A stretch of 63,826 bases of DNA, counting the filler, from Stramenopiles sp. TOSAG23-2 (Eukaryota): the NCBI GenBank assembly GCA_900128395.1. It is 7 parts of 7 records of this genome, joined end to end, with 100 filler letters (N's around TTAATTAATTAA, not from the genome) between each part and the next. Parts side by side here need not be neighbours in the genome. Positions count along the whole stretch, not along the records: positions 40,930 to 51,032 come from LT650044.1; positions 51,133 to 61,233 come from LT650045.1; 5 more parts are not named here. The stretch is one strand, 5' to 3'. Numbering within the stretch: position 1 is the stretch's first letter; every line of letters begins with the position of its first letter. This document shows positions 47,849 through 59,348 of the stretch, piece by piece. The notes below the pieces were generated by a model. That model was not told the DNA's origin. It was given only the letters and a program-made list of their open reading frames with translations, and did no database searches. The position numbers and the translations under genes are program-made.

Positions 47849-49633
47849 GATTATTCTTTCCTTCGGATGATGATGATACATTAATATTATTTAACAATTG
47901 TGAATTGGAATTGGATGTAATTTTATTGCTATTGATTGACGCGTTACTATTATCTTTATTTAAGCTAGATAATGAAAGATTATTACTAGCATTATTATCA
48001 ATCGATTCATTTAAGTCAATATCATTTGCATTTTTATTGCCACTTCCGTTGTTAGTATTATTATTGTTACTATTACTATCTAATAAACCTAATTCCTGTA
48101 TTAATGGGTTTAAATCATATAAAAACGCTTGGCGTTCTTCTAAAGTGGCATCTTCATCATTCACACAATCCAATAGTGTGAAAAATAAACTAATGCCTAA
48201 TTTTGCATCATGGTCACATGGTGTACCATCGTTATTTAATAAATTATTTCCATGCATTACAATATTATTTCGTTTCGACGTTGGTGAAGTTAATGTATTT
48301 ATGTACAATAATTCATTTTGTTTTCTAATCCTAGTTTCTACTATATGTTCTACGTTTAAGCTAAAAGATGTCAATGCGCTATGTACGTGTTGCAATGCAA
48401 ACAATTGTTTTGCAATTCGACGACTAAATGCATCACTTCGTCTACATTGGCGTGATAAGGAAATCGCTAATGTTTTATATGCATGTTGTGAAAGAACATG
48501 ATTATTTACATCTGCCATCCATAATGCCATATTTAATGTTGTACTATGTTTGCTATTGTTACTTGCTGCATTTGCATTACTACCACCATTTATACTATTT
48601 CGTACATTTAATTTCGAACTTCCAGCATTTGATGTTGTTGCTGACGAGGATGATGTTGTTGTCGTTGTAATTGTTGATATACCACCCATTGCATTTGCAT
48701 TGGATGAAGAAGAATTTGTTGTTGTATTGTTTTCACCAACCACCTGTTGTATGTATGTATGCGTAAATGTGTAAATGTATTGTGGTCATGTTAGTGTATT
48801 GTATGTAAGATTGAATGTGTGTATATATGTGTGTGTGTGTATGTCTATAATTATATTATTATATTACTTACATTTCCAGTTCCAATATTACTATTTAATG
48901 TGGGTGCAAGCATTTCTGCTTCATCATTTAAATTCATATTATTTAATATTGTAGTAATACTATTTGCACCATTTTGAACATGTTCATGAGGTGATCCATT
49001 AAGTAAATTTGAAGCACCAGCAGTAGTACTATTTGTATTTGTACTATTGGATGCAATACCAGATGTGGCAATACCATTTGGATATGGTATGGATTCTAAA
49101 AAATCATCATCAAAAATATCTAATTCTGTACGTACACCTAACCATCGTGATACAGGCCAATCTGTCATATTTCCAGTTCTATTTGTTGTACTACTATTCG
49201 TCGTTGTTGCATTTGTACTATTATATGTACCATCTATCATACCGGTAGTTGAACGTAATACAATACCATTTTGTATAATAGTACTAGCAGAGGATGTATT
49301 TACACTGCTGCTACTATTTATTGCTGTTCCAGACGATGTACTAATGCCCCCATTCGTTGTCCCAGTATTTGTTGATGAATGTATGATACTTGTTGTAGAA
49401 GATGTTGACGTATTATTTGCATTATTATGTTGTTCGTTGCTAATATTTGTTGCATTTGACGTAATAATACTACCTGTAAGCATGCTATTACTATTGTTTT
49501 CACGATTTGTACTTCTACTATTGCTTGTATTACTTGTTGAAATACTATTACGATCTGTTGTATTGTTACGATTTGAATTTCCATTTAATGATGATGATGG
49601 TGATGTCGTTGTTGTCGAAGCACCGTTTCCCAT
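40930..49633 (-). CDS. Giant HERC-like protein with an RCC1-like domain, 3'-truncated by the contig end; exons 49633-48872 and 48743 to beyond 40930
   Basis: Seven RCC1 blades (approx. 46470-45360; FGQNSYGEL, GYNDNGQCG, GYNYRGQLG, GRNDFGQLG, GKNDYGQLG, GRNDYGQLG, GRNNHGQLG). Large-HERC-like helical motifs RGSLCDLLMAVKILL, LKLLRANL, VERAVAMTVIKHYGL. A phase-0 intron joins the 260-aa upstream ORF. No HECT domain is visible before the gap. Confidence 0.8.
48744..48871 (-). other. Spliceosomal intron (128 bp)
   Basis: GTAAGT donor, CACTAAC branch point (48796-48790), AACAG acceptor; exon 1 is exactly 254 codons. Confidence 0.85.
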
Positions 49634-51032
49634 CTTTTTATATCTTTGTTGTTTTATTTATTATTATTATTATTTGATTATTCTTTGTTTTTTATATACG
49701 ATATTATATATATATATATTATTGTTTTCGTGAAAAATGGTGATATAAATATATATATATATATATTGTATTACAATGATGGAGGAAACGAAAACAAACA
49801 CTCACACACAGGAAATATCTTGTGTTATTCTCAACGATGTGACACACACAGACACACAAACAATATTATTATATATAATGTATACTAAACTATTATATAT
49901 TGAAATGTTAATATATAGCACTAAAATACTAATTATAAAAAAATAACCGTCCAAATTTTATTATTATCAAATTTCAACAATTTTACAAAAAAATATTGAA
50001 AAAATAAAAAAATAAAAAAAATAAGACCTGAATTCCTTCACACAAACGATTGTTATTCTTTTATTCTATATATATACAAGAATATATCGTATTTGTTTAA
50101 GAAGATGTATTTATTTGTGTCTTCACACATTTGATATCTATATCTATATGGTTACTAGTTATATCGATCAATATGGCATCTAATAATAGGTTCGGATATA
50201 TACAAAACAATATATATCAAAATGGAATAATGGTAATTTAAGGCATTGAAATCCTAGCTATATAATAGTAGCATTGATTTTATGATTTTGTTTTTGATAT
50301 TTGATATTGGAATTTCTACTAGACATTTCACCTCCGAGTACATGTATGAATTTCGCAACAAATCACCAACGGAGGAGGGAACAACACAACGGAAGATCAT
50401 AGTGAATGTACGATTTGGAATTTATACTAACAAATTTTATATTATGATACTTTTGATTATTACATACTATATGTATACTAATGTTTTTATAGAATAGATT
50501 TAATAAAATGGAGATTCTTGATATATAAAAGCAATTCAGTTGGTCTAAAATGGGGAAATTTGCAAAATAAAAATAATATACATGGACATACCATTAAATC
50601 CACCCCATTAACATGGTAATAGCATCCAACGACAAACTGTTTTACAATCATTTCAAGTATAACAATACATAGGTATTTATAAATTATTAGTATACCCGGT
50701 AACAGCCTTTTTTGTTAAGTTAAAAGTTTTTTTGATTTTCTAATGGACTATTATAGCTATACTACTATTAAAAAATGAACCAATCCAAGTTACAAAATAG
50801 AACGAAGCAAGTATCCTACACTAACATATGTCATTTTTCACAATCAAAACACAGATAATATGATACAACATCATAACAATAAACAAACATTTAATAATAA
50901 CATACATAAATAAAACACCTTCACTCACACGTGAAAACTAGTAAAAAATCATATATATACTATATATACCACATGTAATATTATGAATTAAAAACCACAT
51001 CATAAATACAAAACAAGTAAATAAAAATATTG

Positions 51033-51132
51033 NNNNNNNNNNNNNNNNNNNNNNNNNNNNNNNNNNNNNNNNNNNNTTAATTAATTAANNNNNNNNNNNN
51101 NNNNNNNNNNNNNNNNNNNNNNNNNNNNNNNN
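51033..51132. other. Artificial contig spacer
   Basis: 44 N + TTAATTAATTAA + 44 N. Confidence 0.99.
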
Positions 51133-51334
51133 TAATGGATCGTAGTAATTTATATAATGTGATAGAATCTGTTGAGAGGCTTTGTGGGGGTGGTGGTGGT
51201 GGTGGTGGTGGTGGTAAATTGTAGAGGGAGGTGCGAGTATTGATACCAAAAATTATATGACTTGTAGGGGTTTTCGTAAAAATGTTTTTCGTATTTTTTT
51301 GAATTTTATCATTCTTAAATAGAGTATTAACTTT

Positions 51335-54300
51335 TTACGACTCTCCTTCACCTGATTCCTCTTGCATCTTTTTCATTATAGCTTGCATACCCATCAATAC
51401 AGCCATATCGCCTTCTACTTTTATCAATTGTTGTCCCATGCCAGTCATAAAATCTAGCTCTTTGCTACGTAATTTACCAAATGTTTCTAATGTCATGGAT
51501 ATGGTGGCATTGGCTTCCACATCTTCAGTTTTCACATCCATTGTACCAGCTGTACCATCAAATATAACTACTCCGACATTTTCAAAATCCATTTTTAAAA
51601 TGCTTGTAAAACCAACATTTTTACCTTGTAGAGCTTCTTTTGCTTTGGTGACAAACATGTGGAATCCAGCATTTTTCTTTGCATCTTCTAATTTTTTTTT
51701 AGGTATTGATGTTCCACCCGTCAGGCCACGTAATTCTTTTTTCAATTTTTTTATTTCCGCCATTATAGCATCTTCAGCATCATCATCTTCGTCGTCAAGT
51801 GCTTGACTTAATCGAGCTTTTGCATCCGCAATAGAAGCCTTTACAGCATCTATTTTTGCTTGGTCAACAGCATTTGTTGAACCATCTTCTTCCATCTTCT
51901 TCTGTAATGCTTTCTTCTCTTTTCGCAAAGCCTTATATTTTGCCCGTGCCGCATCAACTGCATTATCATCATCTTCTTCCCCAGCTAAATCGTTAATTTC
52001 AGCTTTTGCGTCGATTATTGCTTGTTCCAGTTGAGCCATTTTCTCTTGATCAGTCAATTCTACAACTTCTTCAACTGGTTTCTCCGGTACAAAGGTCAAA
52101 TCAACTGCCTTTAACTCACCACTTTTTAGCTTTTCTAAAAATATCTTTTGCTGGTGTACTTGATATGAATACTCAAGATTTTTAAATTTTTGAAGACCTT
52201 CACTTAAAGCGTCCACATCACCTTTCCAACGCGCAATTTCACATTGAAGAATAAGTACATCCAGAGGAAGGCAATCTAATTCAATTGCATATTCCAGGGA
52301 TTCTTCCAATTTTGTAAAAGCTTTCGCATATGGACGATCTTCTAAAGCCAACGTTATTTGTGCAGCATATGCTTGCATGCCGCATCGAAAAGTGCCAGGA
52401 TTAATCTGGCCAAACATGTCAATATTTTGTCTCATAGCAATTAATGACTCTTTAAATATTGAATCGACATCTGGAGTGTCCTTCAAGCGGTTGTAAAGTG
52501 CAAGAGTAACAACAACTTTTGTGTGAAGAACTTCAAGATGGGTAAGGATCATGGCCAGGCCCGCACCTTTTTCTAGGTCAGCCTTACAATACGATTCACA
52601 AGCATCCCAATCGCCATCAAAATATGCAGCAATGGCCAATCCTGCGTCTATAAACCCTGCCCAATTTGATTGAGGGTATGTATCAACCGTCCCTGGAAAG
52701 AGTGGTGCCATATCTCGAAGAAGCAATGCATGCGATTTGATCATTTTAGAATCTGCCATAACATATCCAGCCATAATGAAGCAAGCTTGAGTTTGCGAGT
52801 AAAGTACAGCTTTTTGATCTTGTAACGCTTCAGAATCACATCTTACATTTTTTAATCGGTTAATAAAATGGCGAGCAGTTTTTATGTCTCCTAATGATAT
52901 TAGCCCAAAACTTAGATGCCATAAATTGTTATTTTGCTGGAATGCATATTTTAAATTTCCGTCAATTAGTGGCAATGCTTCATGCATTTTGGGAACTGCA
53001 GCTTTTACCATTTCGGGTGCTATGACAACATACCAGAAGAAAGGCATTGCTATACAATCAGCTCGAAAATGGGGTTTTAATCTTTCACATGTAAATAAAA
53101 CGTTCAATCGGCGGTAAATCCTGTTGACTAAGCTGGTATCTGTTTTGATCAAATGCGCAGCATTTGCAATTGGCCAAAAAACATGCATATTAAACCATAT
53201 ATCAATATTATTTTGCTTGTATGCATTGATTAAACCATAATACCTGTACCATTCACTCACAGAGATTAACTCTTCATCAGTATATCCATACTTCTCTTTA
53301 AATTGCTTCTTTAATCGACCAGTGGCTTGACGGGCAAACTGCCAAGCGATTAAAACCTTTGCTTTAGCAATCCCATCAAATTCCCCCTGCAATTGAGTAG
53401 GTATTTCATCAAGTTCACTGTATTCACGCATCATCTTTTCAAGAGATGCTTTTGATCGTTTTTGAGGAAGAAATGATGGATCATTTAACACATGCATAGC
53501 ATCCCACATAATACGTGCTGCAGTTGGATTGTCTCCAAAAGCTGCTCTGGCCTGACCCAATAGCGCCATCCAGTATGGTACTCGTTTCGAAGAACTTCCT
53601 TTGCTATAAGCAATTGCTTGACTTAATGAGTTAACGCATTCTTTATAAGCACCAATCTCAAATGCTTTCAATGCTGCATTTTGTAACATATCGCATCCAC
53701 GATCGACTTCACCACTTCTCAACCAATGAAATGCTAATACGTCCATTTCGAATTTCACAGAAGAGCCTTCATACTCTAATACAATTGATTTATGCACTTG
53801 TCGTCGCTGTGAATCAAGCATTAAGTTATGTGCACACTCAGTAATAATCTGGTGTGTAAATTTCATCATTTTGCTGACTGACTCACCAGTAACTGCAACA
53901 ACTAAACCACGAGCAGCCAATGTTGCCAATGTATTGAGTAAATGATTTTTATCGCTTGAGGATAAAAATTGCGGCGCAACATTCAGTAAATTTTCTTGAC
54001 GAAATTCAAATCCAAAACATGAGCAAACTTTAATCAAAACTTTTGCTTCTTCGTCTAAACTGTCAATACGCTCATGTACAGTATCCATAATAGAACTTGG
54101 AAATTTGATAGAATTTATATCACCATTAAAAAATATATTTCCATCATCGTCTCGTTTCACCATATCGCGTTCTTTCAGCCAATTTGTCATGGAGGATAAA
54201 TACATTGGAATGCCTCCAGCTTTTTGATCCATTAAGCTGACAAATTCGTCACTGACTTTGTCGACACTAACATCCAACGTTTTTGCAATTAAAGCTCGCA

Positions 54301-56548
54301 TTGTGTCTTGGTTCATAGTTCCTAGTTCCATAAGTTTTATACTGCTATTCTCTTTTAAGGCTGCCAAAATGCGTGAAAATTTTACACGATCATCGTCTTC
54401 AAGCCATTCATCTTCAAGTATTTCTTCTTCAGATTTCAACGCTTTATCAACTCCACCGGCTTTTTGTTGAGATATCATATTTGGTGGGCGAGTTACAATC
54501 ATTACCATAGCACCTACTGTAAGTTGTGGCAATACCATTTGTAACATAATCCATGATTGTGAATCAATCCAATGAGCATCTTCGAATACAAAAATAGTAT
54601 TTTCCAGGCTTTGGAAAATTTTCAAACAAACTTGAGCAGCTCGTGCTTCAAGACGACCGTGCTCCAACTGCGCGCCATTTGAGTCACGCTTTGCCAAAGT
54701 AGGTAACATAATGCCAAGCGCATTAATATCATCTTCTTCCAGCTGATAGTTGTATTTTAAAGCAAGAACTTCGCCATATGATGGAGATGATGATAAATTT
54801 GCCGCAGCAGTTAAAATTTGACCAAATGCAAAATATGGTGTCTGTTTTTCAATTGCTGAACCAGTGCCCATTAAAAATCGGACATTATCACTCAGCGCTT
54901 CTCGTTGTAATTGCCATACAATAGCACTTTTGCCCATACCGGCTAAACCTTCCAAAATGTATGCACCGCCTTTTTTATCCTCTAGCATTGAATTTAAACC
55001 AGCTCTAAGAGTTTTCATTTCACCTTCCCTACCAACAAAAACTCCTTTCTCCAATTCATCTTGGTTTTTATGACGTACAGCACCCGCTTTACGACCATAC
55101 GGTTTCAATGCGCGAAATGTGCCATCTTTTCCTTTCACTTCAATTGGATTTGACATATCATATCCAATATAATTTTGTGTTGCATTGTAAACACGTTCAC
55201 TTACCAGGATTTTTCCTTTTTCCGCCTTTCCCATTAGTCGGGCGGCCATGTTAGTTTCTGCTCCCATAACTACGAAATCATTACGTGATGGATGACCACA
55301 TATCCCAGTAAAACACTGTCCCATCGAGATGCCAACTTTACAATGATCTCCTAACGAAGAACATGCGGAGGAAGCTTCCAAAGCAAACAATACAGCCCTT
55401 AACGCATCTACCTCGGTAATTCTTGTAATACCAAAGCATGCAATCAAAGTACATCCTTTGTCTTCAAATAAAAAATCGCGCATTTGGCCCTCAAATTTGG
55501 CTAGGACAGACCTGAGAGCGGAATAAACGTCATTTAGATGCGCCTCACTCACACCTTTTGAAGTTACAGATGCTTTTGCCAAGTCTGGCAAAGAAAGAAA
55601 CACAATAACAACACGCCTTCGTTCATTTTCGAACTGGGCGCCACTTCCCTTTGCGCGAACTATTGGCGGGATGTATGACGCTGCAATCTCTGGGCATGTT
55701 GATAGTTCAGCAGTATATGTATCAATCATACTACCACGTTTTGAAATTCTTTTTTTTAGTTTATCTTTCTCTTCTTCTTCCTCAATCATCCCTTCAAGGT
55801 CTGTATCTCGAGTAAGCACAAGTCCACCAAAACCTTTGACTGTACCAGCTTTTGCTTTGTCTAAAAGCCCTGAAGCAATCTTCATCTGCCTTCCAGCAAT
55901 TAAAAACCATCTCTGCTTACTACGTTCAAATTCAGCCCTAGACATCGTTGTTTCATCTGTCTTCTTCATGCGTTGCCTTGCGCTATTTGACCTAGGAGAG
56001 GAGCCTCGTAATTCTTTTAAATGGATACGCTGAAGAGTACCAGAACCAGATAATCCTCCATGCAAATCAAGCTCCGGGTTTGTCACTTTAATAATTTTTA
56101 GCATCTCAACCGCGCATTCCTTTGCTCGTTCGAAAGATGCTTCGTCTCCTTCGTCCTCTGGGTCTGTCGGTATTGCTGAAAACGTACATATTAAACAATC
56201 GCCGGCGATTTTTACAACTTCGCCTTCGTGGCGATGAGTAACATTAACTAGTGCACTAATTGCTGCTGACATTTGTGACGCAAATTCCTCTGCACCTTTT
56301 GCATCACCATGCTTAGTTGTCAACTTTTCGCCTAACGCTGTAAAGCCAGATATATCTGCTAATAATATACATGCCTCTACCAACTGTTTTGATGGAGCAT
56401 CTGGAAGTCTTCCTAACTTGGCAATTTCCAGTCTGACGCTACGAGGAATAAGCCCTGCTTGTTTTGGGCTAATAAACTCCGTAATTGCATTGTTGTTATC
56501 ATTTCTATTTCCTGGTAAAGCCAATTCTACTTTGTATCTTTCTGCCAT
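51335..56548 (-). CDS. Soluble class III nucleotide cyclase (sAC/ADCY10-like C1+C2) - STAND P-loop NTPase - helical region - UVR-like hairpins - SCP2 domain
   Basis: C1: LLADISGFT, VKIAGDC. C2: FEDKGC, GISMGQCFTGICG, GAETNMAARLM, VKGK. NTPase: FVGREGE, Walker A GLAGMGKS, Walker B FVFEDAHWID, GIP motif, RIDSL, LAFHW. C-terminal ANATISMTLETFGKLRSKELDFMTGMGQQLIKVEGDMAVLM matches SCP2. Confidence 0.9.
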   Translation of the reverse strand: MAERYKVELALPGNRNDNNNAITEFISPKQAGLIPRSVRLEIAKLGRLPDAPSKQLVEACILLADISGFTALGEKLTTKHGDAKGAEEFASQMSAAISALVNVTHRHEGEVVKIAGDCLICTFSAIPTDPEDEGDEASFERAKECAVEMLKIIKVTNPELDLHGGLSGSGTLQRIHLKELRGSSPRSNSARQRMKKTDETTMSRAEFERSKQRWFLIAGRQMKIASGLLDKAKAGTVKGFGGLVLTRDTDLEGMIEEEEEKDKLKKRISKRGSMIDTYTAELSTCPEIAASYIPPIVRAKGSGAQFENERRRVVIVFLSLPDLAKASVTSKGVSEAHLNDVYSALRSVLAKFEGQMRDFLFEDKGCTLIACFGITRITEVDALRAVLFALEASSACSSLGDHCKVGISMGQCFTGICGHPSRNDFVVMGAETNMAARLMGKAEKGKILVSERVYNATQNYIGYDMSNPIEVKGKDGTFRALKPYGRKAGAVRHKNQDELEKGVFVGREGEMKTLRAGLNSMLEDKKGGAYILEGLAGMGKSAIVWQLQREALSDNVRFLMGTGSAIEKQTPYFAFGQILTAAANLSSSPSYGEVLALKYNYQLEEDDINALGIMLPTLAKRDSNGAQLEHGRLEARAAQVCLKIFQSLENTIFVFEDAHWIDSQSWIMLQMVLPQLTVGAMVMIVTRPPNMISQQKAGGVDKALKSEEEILEDEWLEDDDRVKFSRILAALKENSSIKLMELGTMNQDTMRALIAKTLDVSVDKVSDEFVSLMDQKAGGIPMYLSSMTNWLKERDMVKRDDDGNIFFNGDINSIKFPSSIMDTVHERIDSLDEEAKVLIKVCSCFGFEFRQENLLNVAPQFLSSSDKNHLLNTLATLAARGLVVAVTGESVSKMMKFTHQIITECAHNLMLDSQRRQVHKSIVLEYEGSSVKFEMDVLAFHWLRSGEVDRGCDMLQNAALKAFEIGAYKECVNSLSQAIAYSKGSSSKRVPYWMALLGQARAAFGDNPTAARIMWDAMHVLNDPSFLPQKRSKASLEKMMREYSELDEIPTQLQGEFDGIAKAKVLIAWQFARQATGRLKKQFKEKYGYTDEELISVSEWYRYYGLINAYKQNNIDIWFNMHVFWPIANAAHLIKTDTSLVNRIYRRLNVLFTCERLKPHFRADCIAMPFFWYVVIAPEMVKAAVPKMHEALPLIDGNLKYAFQQNNNLWHLSFGLISLGDIKTARHFINRLKNVRCDSEALQDQKAVLYSQTQACFIMAGYVMADSKMIKSHALLLRDMAPLFPGTVDTYPQSNWAGFIDAGLAIAAYFDGDWDACESYCKADLEKGAGLAMILTHLEVLHTKVVVTLALYNRLKDTPDVDSIFKESLIAMRQNIDMFGQINPGTFRCGMQAYAAQITLALEDRPYAKAFTKLEESLEYAIELDCLPLDVLILQCEIARWKGDVDALSEGLQKFKNLEYSYQVHQQKIFLEKLKSGELKAVDLTFVPEKPVEEVVELTDQEKMAQLEQAIIDAKAEINDLAGEEDDDNAVDAARAKYKALRKEKKALQKKMEEDGSTNAVDQAKIDAVKASIADAKARLSQALDDEDDDAEDAIMAEIKKLKKELRGLTGGTSIPKKKLEDAKKNAGFHMFVTKAKEALQGKNVGFTSILKMDFENVGVVIFDGTAGTMDVKTEDVEANATISMTLETFGKLRSKELDFMTGMGQQLIKVEGDMAVLMGMQAIMKKMQEESGEGES

Positions 56549-56729
56549 TATTTTTACAAGCCTCTTTCTAAATATTTATAGTGAAAAAGTTATAAATACA
56601 GATATGTTGTGATTGATATGATACGTTGGCTCTAGGATAATGTAGTATAAGTTTCGTTTTGGATCTCATTAGTAAATATTTTGATTCATTTCTAATTATT
56701 TATCGTTTATCGTTGGGTTTTTTATTATG

Positions 56730-56845
56730 AAAAAAAAGGTGGTTCGAGGCTCGTATTTTTAGTGCTGTGTAGTGCTAATTTGGGATATGGAAAAAGGTGG
56801 TTGTACGAGACTCGTATTTTTAGTGCTGTGTAGCGCTATTTTGGG
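56730..56845. repeat. Diverged ~55-bp direct repeat in the divergent promoter region
   Basis: AAAAAGGTGGTT..CGAG.CTCGTATTTTTAGTGCTGTGTAG.GCTA.TTTGGG occurs twice. Confidence 0.8.
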
Positions 56846-56968
56846 TTAACCACAGAGACAAAATCTTCTAAAATCGATTTAGCATTTACCGGAAAAGCAT
56901 AATTTTTTTAGTCCGAAGTCCGAAGTTACCTATATTAATATACTAGTGTAGTAACTATACTTCGCCAC

Positions 56969-56990
56969 CACGTGACCACGTGACCACGTG
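56969..56990. promoter_or_regulatory. Three tandem CACGTG E-boxes between divergent genes
   Basis: CACGTG at 56969, 56977 and 56985 (8-bp period) in an otherwise very AT-rich intergenic region. Function is inferred only. Confidence 0.35.
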
Positions 56991-57352
56991 GTATACGGTA
57001 AATAAAAAATGGAAAAATAATAATAAATCGGTTCACGCGTTCACGCGCACCGCGCACCCAGACTTTATATTGTTGTTATTATACTAATACGACTCTTTAT
57101 CTTTACTACAATAAAGTGCATAAAATTAAAATCATACTTATTAATACTTCAATTTTACAAAAGTAAATCACAAAACAAACATTACCATCCATCTATCATT
57201 TATCAATCACCCATCCCTTGATATAAACATTTCCTATAAGCAAACCATCAAACAAATCATAGAAATTTGTAATAAATATATATCCTTCTGGTTCAGACCG
57301 TTATATCTATATATATATATTATTACCATTTTACTACTGCATAATAATAATA

Positions 57353-59295
57353 ATGTCTTCGTCTCCAACCTCGTCGTCCAACAATCGAAATAATAATGAA
57401 AAAAAGAAAAATGTAAATAATAAGAAGAATAACAACAATAGAAAACGAAGTAAAAGAAATAAACCACATGATATTTCTCATAATATATTAACTCCAGAAC
57501 TTGTCGTTCAAACTGCAGATGAAGAATCGAAACTATTAAATGAGATAAAAGAGGAAGATGGTTTATTAAGTATTACACGTCCAAATAGTAGAATAGAAGA
57601 TTTTTTATTACGAAGTGCTGCAAGTAGTGCTAGTATAAGTAGCCAGTATTCAGATTTAAGGAATGAATTTTCAAAATATTCAAGACCTCGTTCTGGTAAA
57701 GATGATGATTGGAGGGGTAGTCCAACTGGTTTCTCCCCTAGAAGTAGAGGTAGAGCAGTATCGCGTGGTTTAATGTTTGGTGGTAGGCCAAGCACAAGGG
57801 GAAGTTTAGGTGATCTTGAATATAATATGAGTGGTGATGGTGAAGAGGAGTATGATGATGATGATGATGAGGCAAGTCATGCAAGCGATATTGAAAATGA
57901 GGATCTAGATGCTATTAAAAGTAGATATCGAAAAAATGTCCATCTATCATTATTACGAGTTTCATGTACCACAATACAATTGCGTTGTGAAAATCCAGAC
58001 GAAGATCATTTGCAACTGTCTGAAGATGGTATTGTATGGCGTTCAATTTATTGGGTGAATGAACCTCGATTTTTGTCAAGAACAATAACATGTTTACTAC
58101 CAGGTCAGCGATATTTTTTCAGATTAGAACAAAACGATTCAGTCCCAGAAATAGAATGTCAAACATTGTTGTTTCCATCTCGTCCACCAATACCAACCGC
58201 ATGGAAAGTAGGCAGGGGTATGCCAGTACCAATTGTTGTAACAACTGATTTTATATCAGTCTCGTGGATGAATCCACCAGATGTTCAGCAATGGGAAATG
58301 GCTATTGCAATTGGAATAGATGGTCCACATGGTTTAGAACCTGGTACGTGGAAACGTTGTGGTAATGTGGGTGGTCATGGTCAACATGGTATTGCTGAAC
58401 CAGGTCGAATGTTTTTTGAATTTCCTGGTTTGAGAGCAAATCAAACGTATTTTATACGTATACGATTTAGAAACAATATGGGATGGAGTAAAAGTAGTAA
58501 ACCATTAGAAGTAAGCACGGCAAAAGGGGAGACGGCATCTGCACCAAAAAATTTTGTGATTCTTCAACCTGTCTATTTTTCGTACGTAACATTGGAATGG
58601 TTACCACCTCGTAGTGATGGAGGTATACCGTTAATAGAAGCTATTGTTGAATACGTGGAAGTTGAAAAAAAAGATGAAGATGGTAAAGGGGAAAAGCATA
58701 AGAAAATCATTCTTGGTGACAGTGATGATGAGGATGCTGATGAAAAAGCTAATGTATTAGAATTAGAGGAAATGAAAATTCGTAAGAAAATACAAACGCT
58801 TTCAGCTGGTTTAAATACGAAATTTGTTGTTCCAGATTTAAAACCAAATACGGTATATCAATTCAGAGTAACATATAGAAATGAAAGGGGCATTGGGGCA
58901 TATTCATCAGTGTTACAAGCAAAGACATTAAAGTTTTGGGTACCATCACCACCAAAAGCACCAAAATTACAAATAATTAATGGTACTAGTGTGAAGATTG
59001 ATTTTGATTTGCAATATCATGATCATTGCATTGAGTATGAAGTGCAATATTCAAAAGATAAAATGTTTCGTTGGACATCCGGTGGTAAAGGTACAACATC
59101 TCCAATGATTATAGATGGGCTTGAAGATTTTGAATATTATTTTTTCCGTGTGAAAGCTAGGAATAAACGTGGATGGTCTCGTGGTGGGGAACCAGTAATT
59201 GGTAAGACTACTGCTAATAAGGCCGATAATAAAGCACCAAAATTAGAATTAGGTTTCGTGAAACATACGCCAACAACGGTGACATTAGAATGCAA

Positions 59296-59348
<53 letters not shown>

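Noticed and set aside
51188-51215. (GGT)n tract near a contig end as a telomere
   Set aside because: A short trinucleotide microsatellite, internal to the contig and not a typical telomeric unit.
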